Shown here piece after piece: positions 38,460 through 47,991 of a stretch of 60,755 bases of DNA (position 1 is the stretch's first letter; each line of letters begins with the position of its first letter). Made by a program: the position numbers and the translations under genes. The stretch covers positions 1-60,755 of the forward strand of contig JANPBY010000190.1 in assembly GCA_031430645.1 (NCBI GenBank), read 5' to 3'. The DNA is from Actinomycetes bacterium (GTDB taxonomy: Bacteria > Actinomycetota > Actinomycetes > DATJPE01). The notes under the pieces were generated by a model. It worked only from the letters and a program-made list of their open reading frames with translations. It was not told the DNA's origin and ran no database searches.

Positions 38460-39875
38460 TCAGCGGCAGCCACACCCAGCCAACGCGGCAGCGGCCCGAT
38501 CGAGTGCGGCGGGCGCCTCGAGCACTCCCCCCTCAGGGATGCGGTCAGCCAGGAAAGCGAAGGCCAGGACTCGCCCTTCGCGGTCCTGGACCGTCCCCGC
38601 GAGCCCCGTGATCCCCGTGAGGGTGCCTGTCTTGGCCCGGACCAGACCAGCGGCGCCGGCCGCGGGTTTGAGAAGGAACCGGTTTTCGAGAGTCCCGCTG
38701 AAGGCCGCAATCGGAAGGCCGGTCTGCACCGAGGAGAGCTCGGGATGTCCGGGAGAGGCGATCACCGCAAGCAGGCGGGTCAGGGTCTCTGCCGAGACCC
38801 GGTTGCTGCGAGCCAATCCGCTGCCGTCGAACAGCGCCGAACCCACGGTGTCCACCTGCAGAGCACGAACCGCAGCCAGGGTGGCCGCAGCACCACCCTC
38901 GAAGGTTGCCGGCTGGCCAGCTGCGACCGCGTTCAGGTGGCCGAAAGCTTCCGCGAAGTCGTTGTCGCTGGTCGTCAGCATCTGCTCGACGAGTGCGCCG
39001 ACCGGCCGCGACTGAACCGCCGCCAGGTCGACGGCTTGGGCGCTGGCCGCAGCAGGCGTGACCTCCCCGCGAACCTTGATTCCTGCGGCAGCCAACTCCT
39101 CTGCGAACGTGTCCGCTGCGACGCGGGCCGGATCGCTGACGCGAGCGTCGTCCACCGACAGGGCTGACACCGGGGCGACCACCCCGCTGGCGACGTACGC
39201 CTTCGGCCACGCCGGCGAGGCCGTCGGCGGATCGAACAACGTGGCATCAAAGCGCAGTCGGACCTGGCTGATGTCTCGTGTCCCCAGCGCCGCCGCCGTC
39301 CTTCGGGCGAGCGTCCGCACGGACGGGTCGCCACCGCCGGGTTCGCTGCGAAGGGACGGGTCGCCAGCGCCTACGAGGAAGATCACCGGCGTCGTGGCTG
39401 GGGCGGCGCCGACGCCCGCGGGGGTCTCGACCACTCGCGTGATCAGGCGGGCGTCCGGACCGATCAGCTCTAACGCGGCGGTCGCCGTGAGCAGCTTGGC
39501 GGTGGAGGCCGGGGGGCGTGGTGTGCCCGGCGACTGAGAGTAGAGCGTGGACCCGGTCGCGACATCGACCACGACTGCTCCGACGCGGGGACCGAGCGCC
39601 GCTTCGTCGAGGATGGGCGCAAGGACCTTCGCGAGCGCAGCCGGGTCGGGAGCGGTGTCGCCGGTGGCGGGAGACAAGACCGGCGACGCCGACAACGGCG
39701 GCACGACGGGCCTGGGGGTCGCCGGTGGGGCCGAGACCACGCTGTCCTCGCCGATCCAACGCCCAGCAAGGACCCCGCCGGGAAGGCCCACCAGGCCGTC
39801 CAAGGCCACCGTGACCGTCGTGAGCGCCACGAGAGCGCCGATCACGACGTAGGTCCTGCGCAGGGGACACCTCAC
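38460..39875 (-). CDS. dacB: D-alanyl-D-alanine carboxypeptidase/endopeptidase (PBP4, S13 family)
   Basis: PASTAK (SxxK), SDN, DGSGL and AKTGTL. Confidence 0.95.
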   Translation of the reverse strand: MRCPLRRTYVVIGALVALTTVTVALDGLVGLPGGVLAGRWIGEDSVVSAPPATPRPVVPPLSASPVLSPATGDTAPDPAALAKVLAPILDEAALGPRVGAVVVDVATGSTLYSQSPGTPRPPASTAKLLTATAALELIGPDARLITRVVETPAGVGAAPATTPVIFLVGAGDPSLRSEPGGGDPSVRTLARRTAAALGTRDISQVRLRFDATLFDPPTASPAWPKAYVASGVVAPVSALSVDDARVSDPARVAADTFAEELAAAGIKVRGEVTPAAASAQAVDLAAVQSRPVGALVEQMLTTSDNDFAEAFGHLNAVAAGQPATFEGGAAATLAAVRALQVDTVGSALFDGSGLARSNRVSAETLTRLLAVIASPGHPELSSVQTGLPIAAFSGTLENRFLLKPAAGAAGLVRAKTGTLTGITGLAGTVQDREGRVLAFAFLADRIPEGGVLEAPAALDRAAAALAGCGCR

Positions 39876-39984
39876 GGACGGGGGGCGTCGTTCTGGCGGT
39901 CGTGGCCAGCCGACGAAGGATGGTGCGCCAGACTAAGCCGTACACGCCCGCTGGGCGGCCAGCCCACAGCCCGGAGGAGAACCC

Positions 39985-40512
39985 GTGGAGTTCGACGTCA
40001 CCATCGAGATCCCGAAGGGCCAGCGCAACAAGTACGAGATGGACCACGTGACTGGTCGCATTCGCCTCGATCGGATGCTCTTCACCTCGACGCGCTACCC
40101 CCACGACTACGGCTTTATCGAGCACACACTCGGCGAGGACACCGACCCCCTCGACGCCCTCGTCCTCCTGGAGGAGCCGACCTTCCCGGGTTGCCTCATC
40201 CGCTGCCGCGCCATCGGGATGTATCGGATGACCGATGAGGCGGGCGGCGACGACAAGGTCTTGTGCGTCCCCGCGGCGGACCCAAGGCAATCGCACCTGC
40301 AGGACATCTTCCACGTGCCGGAGTTTGACCGACTCGAGATCGAGCACTTCTTCTCGGTCTACAAGGACCTCGAACCCGGGAAGTCCGTCGAGGGCGCCAC
40401 CTGGACCGGACGGCTCGAGGCCGAGGCCGAGATCCATGCCTCGTACGCGCGCCTGCAGGAGCACGAGGCGCTGGCTGCCTCAGGGGCGAGCGAAGCCGAT
40501 CAAGCCGTCTGA
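39985..40512 (+). CDS. ppa: Soluble inorganic pyrophosphatase (family I)
   Basis: [23 protein letters not shown] and DEAGGDDK; GGAGG RBS. Confidence 0.98.
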   Translation: MEFDVTIEIPKGQRNKYEMDHVTGRIRLDRMLFTSTRYPHDYGFIEHTLGEDTDPLDALVLLEEPTFPGCLIRCRAIGMYRMTDEAGGDDKVLCVPAADPRQSHLQDIFHVPEFDRLEIEHFFSVYKDLEPGKSVEGATWTGRLEAEAEIHASYARLQEHEALAASGASEADQAV

Positions 40513-41760
40513 GTAGACCGCGGCCTCGCGGACGACGTCGCCGGTGTGCGGCGCGTGAATCATTCGCCCACCACCGATGTAGAGCGCGACGTGGTGGATC
40601 GTGCCGGGGTCGGAGATGTCGAAGGCATAGAACAGCAGGTCGCCCGGGCGGGCCTGGGACGCGGGGATCTTCAGCGCCTGCGCGAACTGTGCAACCGACC
40701 AGTGCGGAAGCGTCACCCCGCCCTTGCGCCACGCCATCATCGTGAGCCCTGAGCAGTCGAAACTGTCTGGGCCGTCCGCCGCATAGAGGTAGGGCTTGCC
40801 GAGCTGCGCGCGCGCGTAGGCGATCGCCTTGGCCGCGCCGGCCTTGTCACCAGTTTGGGTGCCACCGAAGAAGGACGGTGACCAGTGCGACGGATTGCCG
40901 CCGCCCTCCGAACCCGAGCCGCCGGAGCCGTTGGACTTGTCAGCGGCCTCAGCGGCGGCCGCCGCTCGGTCCTTGGCCGCCTTGGCGGCCTTCGCCTCTG
41001 CTGCCAGACCCACTCTGCGTTGTTGGGAGAGCTCCCCCGCCTTGGACCGGGCCTGCGCCAGCCGCTGGGTCAACTGGCGGGTCAGGGCGTTCAAGCCCTC
41101 GATCTGATCCGTCTGCGCGGCCACCTTTGCCTCGGCCTCGACCTTGGCGAGCCGTACGCGCTCCGCAGCCGCGGTCTGTGCCTCGAGGGCTGCTGCGGCC
41201 TGCTCCTCCAGCACCGTGGCGACGATCCGCGACGCGGCGACCCGGTCCAGGGCCCGGTTGTTGCTGGCTGCGACATTGGACAGGTCGCTGGCCTGGTCCA
41301 TCAGCTGCTTGGGCCCGTCGGCGTCGAGCATCATGGCGAAGCTTCCGAGGTCGCCCCCCATCCGATAGCTGGCCGCCGCGAACCGGCCCACCTCCCGCTC
41401 GGCCTCTGCCAGCTCGGCCGCGGCTGCATCGGCTCGGACCCTGGCTGAGGCGGCTGCGGCCTTGGCCAGCCCGAGTTCGTAGCGGGCTCCGTTGTAGGCC
41501 TCGACGGCTCGTTCCTCGTCCTCGAGGAGGGAGGTCAGCTTCGACTGCGCCTTGGCCAGCGCAGCCTGAGTGAGCCCGACATCACTCGCTGCGGCTTGGG
41601 CGACCCGTTTCGCTCGGCTGACCTGAGCCTTGGTCGGAGTGGGGTCTTGCGGTTCGGCCTGGGCGGGTGCTGACACCCCCAGCGTGAGCACCGCGGCGAG
41701 CACCGCCAGGAGGGTTCCACGGATCGCGCCTTGGCGCGTCGGGAACTCACTCGACGGCAC
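40480..41760 (-). CDS. Secreted NlpC/P60 peptidoglycan endopeptidase with coiled coil (RipA-like)
   Basis: Signal peptide ending AQA, long Ala-rich coiled coil, FDCSGL, HHVALY and IHAP. Confidence 0.95.
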   Translation of the reverse strand: MPSSEFPTRQGAIRGTLLAVLAAVLTLGVSAPAQAEPQDPTPTKAQVSRAKRVAQAAASDVGLTQAALAKAQSKLTSLLEDEERAVEAYNGARYELGLAKAAAASARVRADAAAAELAEAEREVGRFAAASYRMGGDLGSFAMMLDADGPKQLMDQASDLSNVAASNNRALDRVAASRIVATVLEEQAAAALEAQTAAAERVRLAKVEAEAKVAAQTDQIEGLNALTRQLTQRLAQARSKAGELSQQRRVGLAAEAKAAKAAKDRAAAAAEAADKSNGSGGSGSEGGGNPSHWSPSFFGGTQTGDKAGAAKAIAYARAQLGKPYLYAADGPDSFDCSGLTMMAWRKGGVTLPHWSVAQFAQALKIPASQARPGDLLFYAFDISDPGTIHHVALYIGGGRMIHAPHTGDVVREAAVYSDGLIGFARP

Positions 41761-41944
41761 GTTCCCCCCCTCAGGTGTGTCCGATGGACGTCGCGGGTCG
41801 TTGCTTCGACGTTAACTGGATCGGCGCAAAGTAGTCCCACCTTTCACACAAGTCACACCCGAAAGAGTGGCGTGTCGACTTGACACGCCCAGGAAAGCGC
41901 AGTCGGCAGCGGGCGTGTCCGGCTCGCGGTGCCACGATGGAAAG

Positions 41945-42883
41945 GTGTCCAGCGAAGAAACTCAACACATCGAACTCCCGCCGCGCGAGGTGCCGCTCGG
42001 TGGCATCAGGGCGATGACGGTCCGTCGGACCCTCCCCCACCGAAGGGTCCGCACGATCGGAGCCTGGTGCTTCCTGGACCACTACGGGCCGCGCGAGGTC
42101 GATGCCAGCGGCGCCGGCGGCATGACCGTGCCGTCCCACCCACACACCGGACTGCAGACCGTCACGTGGCTCCTCGCCGGACAGGTGGTGCACGACGACA
42201 GCGTCGGCAGCCATCAAGAGGTTCGACCCGGGGAGTTGAACCTGATGACCGCCGGCCACGGGATCGCGCACGCCGAGATATCGACCCCGGGTGTCGCCGG
42301 CCCCCTGCACGGAGTGCAACTCTGGGTAGCCCTCCCTGAGGACTCCCGCCACCAGCCGCCGCACTTCGAGCACCACGCCGACCTTCCGCAGACCCGGGAT
42401 GACGGGGTGACCCTCACGGTGCTCATGGGTCAGCTCGCCGGGATGCTGTCGCCGGCCAAGACGTACTCCCCGCTGTTGGCAGCGGTCGTCGAGATCCCCA
42501 GCGGGGGTCGTACGACGCTTCAACTGGACCCCGGCTTCGAGCACGGCGCGCTCAGCCTCGACGGTCCGGCTCGCTTCAACGACCTTCCGGTCGAGCGGGG
42601 CACCCTCGCCGCCTTTGCCCCTGGACAGCGAGCTCTCACCCTGTCCGCCGAACAGCCGGCCCGCGTGCTGCTGCTCGGCGGAGCACCCTTCGATGAAGAA
42701 CTGGTGATGTGGTGGAACTTCGTCGGCCGCACGCACGACGACATCGCCGAGGCCCGTGCGGACTGGATTGACGGCCGCCGGTTCGGTGCCGTGCGCAGCG
42801 CTGCGGGAGAGCCGTTGCCCGCGCCAGCACTCCCGAGGACTCGGCTGATCCCGCGCGGGGCTAAGGGATGGTCACCGAGCTAG
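41945..42883 (+). CDS. Pirin-family protein
   Basis: VRRTLP, WCFLDH, HPHTGLQTVTW, MTAGHGIAHAE, QLWVALP and WWNFV. Confidence 0.95.
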   Translation: MSSEETQHIELPPREVPLGGIRAMTVRRTLPHRRVRTIGAWCFLDHYGPREVDASGAGGMTVPSHPHTGLQTVTWLLAGQVVHDDSVGSHQEVRPGELNLMTAGHGIAHAEISTPGVAGPLHGVQLWVALPEDSRHQPPHFEHHADLPQTRDDGVTLTVLMGQLAGMLSPAKTYSPLLAAVVEIPSGGRTTLQLDPGFEHGALSLDGPARFNDLPVERGTLAAFAPGQRALTLSAEQPARVLLLGGAPFDEELVMWWNFVGRTHDDIAEARADWIDGRRFGAVRSAAGEPLPAPALPRTRLIPRGAKGWSPS

Positions 42884-45800
42884 TCGTGGTCGCTGACTTG
42901 TTCCACCCGTCGGTCGCGGTCAGCGTGATCGTGTAGGTCCCAGCCACCAGGTAGACCTTCTGCGGAGCCGAAGCCGTCGAGGTCGTCTCTGGGAGTGTTC
43001 CGAAGGTCCAGGCATACCGGACGACATCGCCGTTCGGGTCCGTCGTGGTGTTCTTCATCGTGCACGTGCGCACGACGCAGGTCACCGTGAACACCGGGAC
43101 CGGCGCAACGTTCGTGACGGGTTCGACGATGACCAGAGTCCGAGTGGTCGTGGCGGACGCCAGCCAGCCATCCGTCGCAGTCATCGTCACCGTGTAAGTC
43201 CCCGGAACTGAGTACGTGTGCGTGGCTGCGGGACCTGTGTTGTTCGGCGTCAGGTCGCCCCACTGCCAGGCATAGGTGATGACGTCACCCAGGTTCGGGT
43301 CGACCGTCCCTGTGCTGCTCGTGGAGCAGACCAAGGCGATGCAGTTCGTGGCAAAGACCGGAACTGGAGGTTGGTTGCCCCCTGGCACAGCGATCGTCAC
43401 GGGAATCGTGAAGGTCGACGGGACCCCCCACTCGTCGGTCGCTGTCAGGATCACGTTGTAGAGACCGGCCGCCGTGTAGGTCCGAACCGGCACCGGTCCG
43501 GAGCCCGTACCGTTGCCGAAGTTCCACGAGTAGGTCAGCGCCGTCGGGTTCTCATCCGTCGAGGTGCGGGCGTCAAAGGTGCAGACGTTCGCAGCGCACA
43601 CGTAGGTCGCAGCAGCCACCGGCGGGTTGTTGGCCGGGTGTGTGACCACGATGCCGGTCGAGACCACCTCGGGGCCGTACTGGTTGTGTTGGTCTCTGGC
43701 ACGCACCTTGACCTGGTAGGTCCCGTCGGGGATGACCGGGGTCGTGAAGGAGTAGTTGGACCCGGGGCTCCCGGGGCTGTTCAGGAACGCCGTCCGCCAA
43801 CTCACGGTCGTGCTCGTGAAGGCGCCGAGTGAGGACATGTACTGGTTGGCGCCGTTGATGATGGCAACCTCGACGCGCGACATGCTGAAGTCATCCGTTG
43901 CGCGACCGGTGACCACGATCTTCCCTTGCGAGAACAATCCTCCGGTGATCGGGGAGAGCAACGCCGGTTCAATGATCGGCGGCGCGTCACCCGGGTAGTA
44001 GGTGTAGCGAACCGTCGCCCCGGTCGTCGAGGCGGCGAGCTGGTTCGAGGTGTCCTTCACGAACGCCGTGATGGAGAAGTCCCCACCCGTGGGGAGGGTC
44101 AGCAGCCGGCTCCAGGTCGTGCTGGTCCCTCCGGGAGTGCCCAGCGCGGTGTCGATGGTGTTGTGGGTCGACGACATGGACATGAGGTCGTCCTGGAGGT
44201 AGCGGCCCGTGTCGTTGTCATAGACGGTCAGGTCGACCGCCGCAACGCCGAAGTCGTCGCTCGCCGTGCCCGCCACAGTGATCTGCGGCGCGGTGAGGGG
44301 AAGGGTCCCGGTGACCGTCATCAGGCCGGTCGGCGGGTTGTCACCCGGCACCTGGACGGACAGCGTCAACACGCCGCGGTTGGCTGTTGCGGTGATGAGG
44401 TCGTCGTTGTCAGTGGCGCGGACCGAGAACGTGTACGTCCCAGGGGTCAGCTGAAACGGCGTCGTGTAGGACCAGTTGTAGCTGGTCGCACTGAGGTTGA
44501 TGTCACTGATCCGGTGGTTGCCCGCTGTGATCCCGACCCCCCAAGTGCCATCGGCAGCCAAGTTCTCTCGCGTGGTCGTGTTCCGCAAGGAGATCTCGAC
44601 AGACCTCACCCGGTCGTCGTCGGTGGCCGTACCGGAGAACGTGAGGTTTCCGCCCGGCGTCAGGACCACCGGTGCCACCGCGAACGGTGGGGTCATCGGT
44701 ACTGGCTGAGCAATGGTCACGACGGGAGCAACCGCGTTGGAGTTGACCGTGAAGTCACGGGCGGCACTACGAAGGTCGGCCTGGCCGGTGGTGTCAACCG
44801 CGGTTGCGTTCGCCGTCCACACGCCCTCGTACGGAAGCACGACGTTGTAGGACCACGTGGCCTGCGCGGCGCCGATCACGTCCGGTGTTCCCCGGAAAGT
44901 GTTGTAGATGGCCGCTGCCGAGCCATCATCTTGGAGGTAGAGGTTGTTCTCGTCCTGGAAGTAGTAGGTCAGCGAGTTCACGCCGAGGTCATCCTGAGCC
45001 GAGCCCGTCATGGTGAAAGCCAGGCTGGTCTGGATGCCGGAGGGGCCAGTGATAGACGTCGTTGGCGTCTGGTCGGCGAAGTTGAAGGACTCGAACTTCT
45101 TCAGCGCCTTGGTCGCATCGTTGACGCTATTGGTGCCGTAGGTCTTGGCCGTGATCAGCAGCCGTCGAGTTCCAGTGATGGTGTAGGCCTGCGACCAGGA
45201 ACGACTGGTCGTGCCCGCACCCAGGGTCGCGTAGACGTTGTTCTGGGCACCCCAGGTCACCAAATCATCCTGGAGGTAGCGCTTGGTGTCGCGGTCCTGG
45301 ATCTCGACCTGCACCCGTCGGATCCCCACCGGGTTCGTCGCGTTTCCGGTGACCGTGAACTCGGTCCCGGATGCGACGACGCGGCCAGCGATCGGCGCGG
45401 TGATCGTCGTGTCTGTGGTCGAGACGGCGGGCTGGGCGTTGAAGTCGTAGAACGCCACGCGTCCGGTGCGCAGGCCGTTTTGGTAGTTGCCATCCCCGCC
45501 GACGAAGAGCCCACGAGTGGTCGCCTCCATCGCCTTATTGCCCTCAAAGGAATCCGAGCCCGGATCCCATTCCAGCGCCGTGCCATTGGTCGGATTCAGC
45601 GCGCCGAGGTGATCGCGATGGACGACTTCGTCACCGAGGCCGTACCCAGAGAGGCCCTGACCATTGCCGTAGCCGACGTTGGTCAGTCCTGGCCACGGCT
45701 GGGCGGCCGTCGGCGATTCGAGCCAGTTGAAGTGGCCGCCGATGTACACCGCCTGCTCGGTGATCGCGACGGAGTAGATGCTGTCGAACGCGCGGGAGAT

Positions 45801-46796
45801 CCACAGGGGCTCGGTGAAGTCGCCGCCGGCGATCGGGTAGGCCACCGCCGTGTCGCTGATCGGCGGGGCGTCACCACCTGAACCGCTCGCCAGCACGAAG
45901 TACTGGTCGTTGGGTGCGATGTCTGCGGCGTACACCCTCGTGACGCCGCCGACTCGGGCGAGATTGTCGTCCCAGAGTCGCGTCCGCCAAGGCAGCAGCT
46001 GCTTGGTCCCGGTGTTGATAAGTCCGGCCGCGAGCCGGTCCTGGCCGGCGATCTTGCGCCCGGTGTGCACGACCAACAGCTTGCTCTCGTCATGGGTGAG
46101 TTTGAGCTGCTGCACGGTGAGGGCCCCGTTGACACCGATCCCACCGGAGATCGGGAGGTTGAACGCGGGGTCGACGACACCGGTCGTACGGTTCAAGGCA
46201 GCCAGGCCGACTCGGCTGGTCCCATTCACGGTGAGGAACTGGCCACCCACATAGACCCACGTGTCCGTGACCGCCAAGGCGGTGGCACGCGCGCTCGCGT
46301 TGGCCGTGAACGCCGCGACCGCAGCGCCAGTCGTGAGGTTCAGGCGAGCCACCTTGCGCTTGGTCACGCCGTTGACGCTGCTGAATGAGCCAGCCACGTA
46401 GAGCGCCGTTCCATCCGGAGATGCCTCGACCGCGTTAACCCCGCCGCCCCCGAAGGTCGGACGGAAGGTCCGGTCGATCTTGCCGGTGTTGATGTCGTAG
46501 GCCGCGAGCCCAGCCTGCGCCAGTGGAGTCGTGGTCCCTGCCACATCAGCGATGCTGGTGAAGGTGCCCGCGATGAACACCCGGCTGCCGAGAACCTCGA
46601 TGTCCCAGATCTCGCCGTCGCTGATCCGCGGCGTGTTGGTGCGCGGCGCCTCGGGAGCCAGGCGTGTGTGAGATGGAACTGGTTGGGCGGCCACAGCCGC
46701 AGGCGCGACGGCCGCCGACAATGAGAGGGTCCCGAGCAGCAGGGCAAGGACAACGCCGGAGGTCGTTGTGGCGCGGTGTCGCTGGCTCATGGTCAC
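42861..46796 (-). CDS. Large secreted protein: beta-propeller-like N-terminus, five Ig-like repeats, three PKD domains
   Basis: Signal peptide; blade-like motifs (VFIAGTF, LYVAGSF, VYVGGQF, VYIGGHF, LFVGG); repeats with GxAxDD and YLQDD; PKD motifs YSWNFGNG, YAWQWGD, YAWTFG and GTYTVTMTATD. Confidence 0.9.
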   Translation of the reverse strand: MTMSQRHRATTTSGVVLALLLGTLSLSAAVAPAAVAAQPVPSHTRLAPEAPRTNTPRISDGEIWDIEVLGSRVFIAGTFTSIADVAGTTTPLAQAGLAAYDINTGKIDRTFRPTFGGGGVNAVEASPDGTALYVAGSFSSVNGVTKRKVARLNLTTGAAVAAFTANASARATALAVTDTWVYVGGQFLTVNGTSRVGLAALNRTTGVVDPAFNLPISGGIGVNGALTVQQLKLTHDESKLLVVHTGRKIAGQDRLAAGLINTGTKQLLPWRTRLWDDNLARVGGVTRVYAADIAPNDQYFVLASGSGGDAPPISDTAVAYPIAGGDFTEPLWISRAFDSIYSVAITEQAVYIGGHFNWLESPTAAQPWPGLTNVGYGNGQGLSGYGLGDEVVHRDHLGALNPTNGTALEWDPGSDSFEGNKAMEATTRGLFVGGDGNYQNGLRTGRVAFYDFNAQPAVSTTDTTITAPIAGRVVASGTEFTVTGNATNPVGIRRVQVEIQDRDTKRYLQDDLVTWGAQNNVYATLGAGTTSRSWSQAYTITGTRRLLITAKTYGTNSVNDATKALKKFESFNFADQTPTTSITGPSGIQTSLAFTMTGSAQDDLGVNSLTYYFQDENNLYLQDDGSAAAIYNTFRGTPDVIGAAQATWSYNVVLPYEGVWTANATAVDTTGQADLRSAARDFTVNSNAVAPVVTIAQPVPMTPPFAVAPVVLTPGGNLTFSGTATDDDRVRSVEISLRNTTTRENLAADGTWGVGITAGNHRISDINLSATSYNWSYTTPFQLTPGTYTFSVRATDNDDLITATANRGVLTLSVQVPGDNPPTGLMTVTGTLPLTAPQITVAGTASDDFGVAAVDLTVYDNDTGRYLQDDLMSMSSTHNTIDTALGTPGGTSTTWSRLLTLPTGGDFSITAFVKDTSNQLAASTTGATVRYTYYPGDAPPIIEPALLSPITGGLFSQGKIVVTGRATDDFSMSRVEVAIINGANQYMSSLGAFTSTTVSWRTAFLNSPGSPGSNYSFTTPVIPDGTYQVKVRARDQHNQYGPEVVSTGIVVTHPANNPPVAAATYVCAANVCTFDARTSTDENPTALTYSWNFGNGTGSGPVPVRTYTAAGLYNVILTATDEWGVPSTFTIPVTIAVPGGNQPPVPVFATNCIALVCSTSSTGTVDPNLGDVITYAWQWGDLTPNNTGPAATHTYSVPGTYTVTMTATDGWLASATTTRTLVIVEPVTNVAPVPVFTVTCVVRTCTMKNTTTDPNGDVVRYAWTFGTLPETTSTASAPQKVYLVAGTYTITLTATDGWNKSATTTSSVTIP

Positions 46797-46814
46797 GTCT
46801 CTCGTCGTCGTTTA

Positions 46815-46829
46815 GTCACTCTGGGTGAC
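46815..46829. promoter_or_regulatory. BldD-type operator
   Basis: GTCACTCTGGGTGAC matches NTNACNC(A/T)GNGTNAN at all fixed positions, about 18 nt upstream of the large-protein start. Confidence 0.6.
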
Positions 46830-47053
46830 CAGGTACGAAGCGGCTGGGGCGGCCGGTCGCATACAGATCGGCCACTCGTCAGCGTAGGAAGTCTACCGGC
46901 GCGGGCGGCTCACCCGTTCGTACATCAACAGCCCCCGAGAAGACGACCCGTTCCCCCATTCGGGTGAAGCGCGGTGACCGAAGGGCCTTCAATGACTACG
47001 CTCCGTGATCCGAGTCGACCGAGGCGGGTCGCGCAGACCGGACCTCTTGCTAG

Positions 47054-47126
47054 GGCCGCCTAAGAGAATCGAACTCTTGACCTACGCATTACGAGTGCGT
47101 CGCTCTACCAACTGAGCTAAGGCGGC
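47054..47126 (-). tRNA. tRNA-Thr(CGT)
   Basis: GCCGCCT/AGGCGGC acceptor stem, D arm GCTC-AGTTGGTA-GAGC, anticodon arm ACGCA-CTCGTAA-TGCGT, T loop GTTCGATTC; CCA not encoded. Confidence 0.97.
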
Positions 47127-47243
47127 CGGTTGCCCGGGTTACCGAGCGGTGACGAACGATACCCGACCACGCTCAGCCGACTTTTCGGTCGATCACTGCG
47201 ACCTACTCTCGGGGGAGGTGAACGACCCAAGGGGAGATGAGCC

Positions 47244-47972
47244 GTGACCGACAGCACCGAGGCAACGAAGCGACCGCGTTGGAGGCGCCGCGGCGTCATC
47301 GTGCCCGTCGCCGTCGCCGCGACGCTCGTGCTCGCTGGCACGGCCTTTGCTACTGAACCTTGGACCCTTTTCACCGACTCGGTCGTCGACGAGGCGCTGC
47401 CTGCCGCCGTCGGCCCCGCGGTCGAAGGCGACCCCGCTCCTTCGGGCTCCAGCGATCCAAGCGGCGCGGGCGCCACGGAATCGCCCGCACCACTAGCCCC
47501 GACGCAAAGCGCACCGTCGGCCGAGCCGTCGGACGCTGGACCAGATCCGACGGCAGCGCCGACCAAGAGCGCTAAGCCGAAGCCAACACCGAGTGCCAGC
47601 AAGACCCAGTCGCCTGCCGCCGGCCCCAACGTGCTGGCCAAAGGATCCTTCATCAGCCACGAGCACACGACGTCCGGCAATGTACGCGTGCTCAAGCTCG
47701 CCGACGGAACCCGAGTGCTCCGCATCGAGGGCCTGGACACCTCCAACGGACCGGATCTGCACGTCTGGATCACCGACGCACCGGTAATCCAGGGGCGGGA
47801 CGGCTGGTTCGTCTTCGACGATGGCGCCTATGTCGACCTGGGACCGTTGAAGGGCAATCAGGGCAACCAGAACTACACCCTGCCCGCGGGGGTTGACCTC
47901 GGCGACCTGACCAGTGTCAGCATCTGGTGCCAGCGCTTCAGGGTGTCCTTCGGCGCCGCCGCACTGAGTTGA
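47244..47972 (+). CDS. DM13-domain exported protein
   Basis: N-terminal TM/signal, Pro/Ser linker, GSFISHEHTTSG, NGPDLHVW, LKGNQGNQNY and SIWCQRFRVSFGAA. Confidence 0.92.
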   Translation: MTDSTEATKRPRWRRRGVIVPVAVAATLVLAGTAFATEPWTLFTDSVVDEALPAAVGPAVEGDPAPSGSSDPSGAGATESPAPLAPTQSAPSAEPSDAGPDPTAAPTKSAKPKPTPSASKTQSPAAGPNVLAKGSFISHEHTTSGNVRVLKLADGTRVLRIEGLDTSNGPDLHVWITDAPVIQGRDGWFVFDDGAYVDLGPLKGNQGNQNYTLPAGVDLGDLTSVSIWCQRFRVSFGAAALS

Positions 47973-47991
47973 GCTGATCTGAACTGAGCGG

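Noticed and set aside
40480-40512. Short 3' overlaps of convergent genes (ppa/NlpC, pirin/PKD protein, helicase/tadE, methyltransferase/coaX)
   Set aside because: Overlaps of 19-41 nt are common in compact high-GC genomes; no evidence of regulatory meaning.
43926-45881. Long antisense ORFs (651 aa here; also 11600-13579 and 33968-35500)
   Set aside because: They mirror strongly biased sense genes and carry no motifs of their own.
41945-47126. Integrative element at tRNA-Thr
   Set aside because: No integrase, and no duplicated tRNA 3' end seen.
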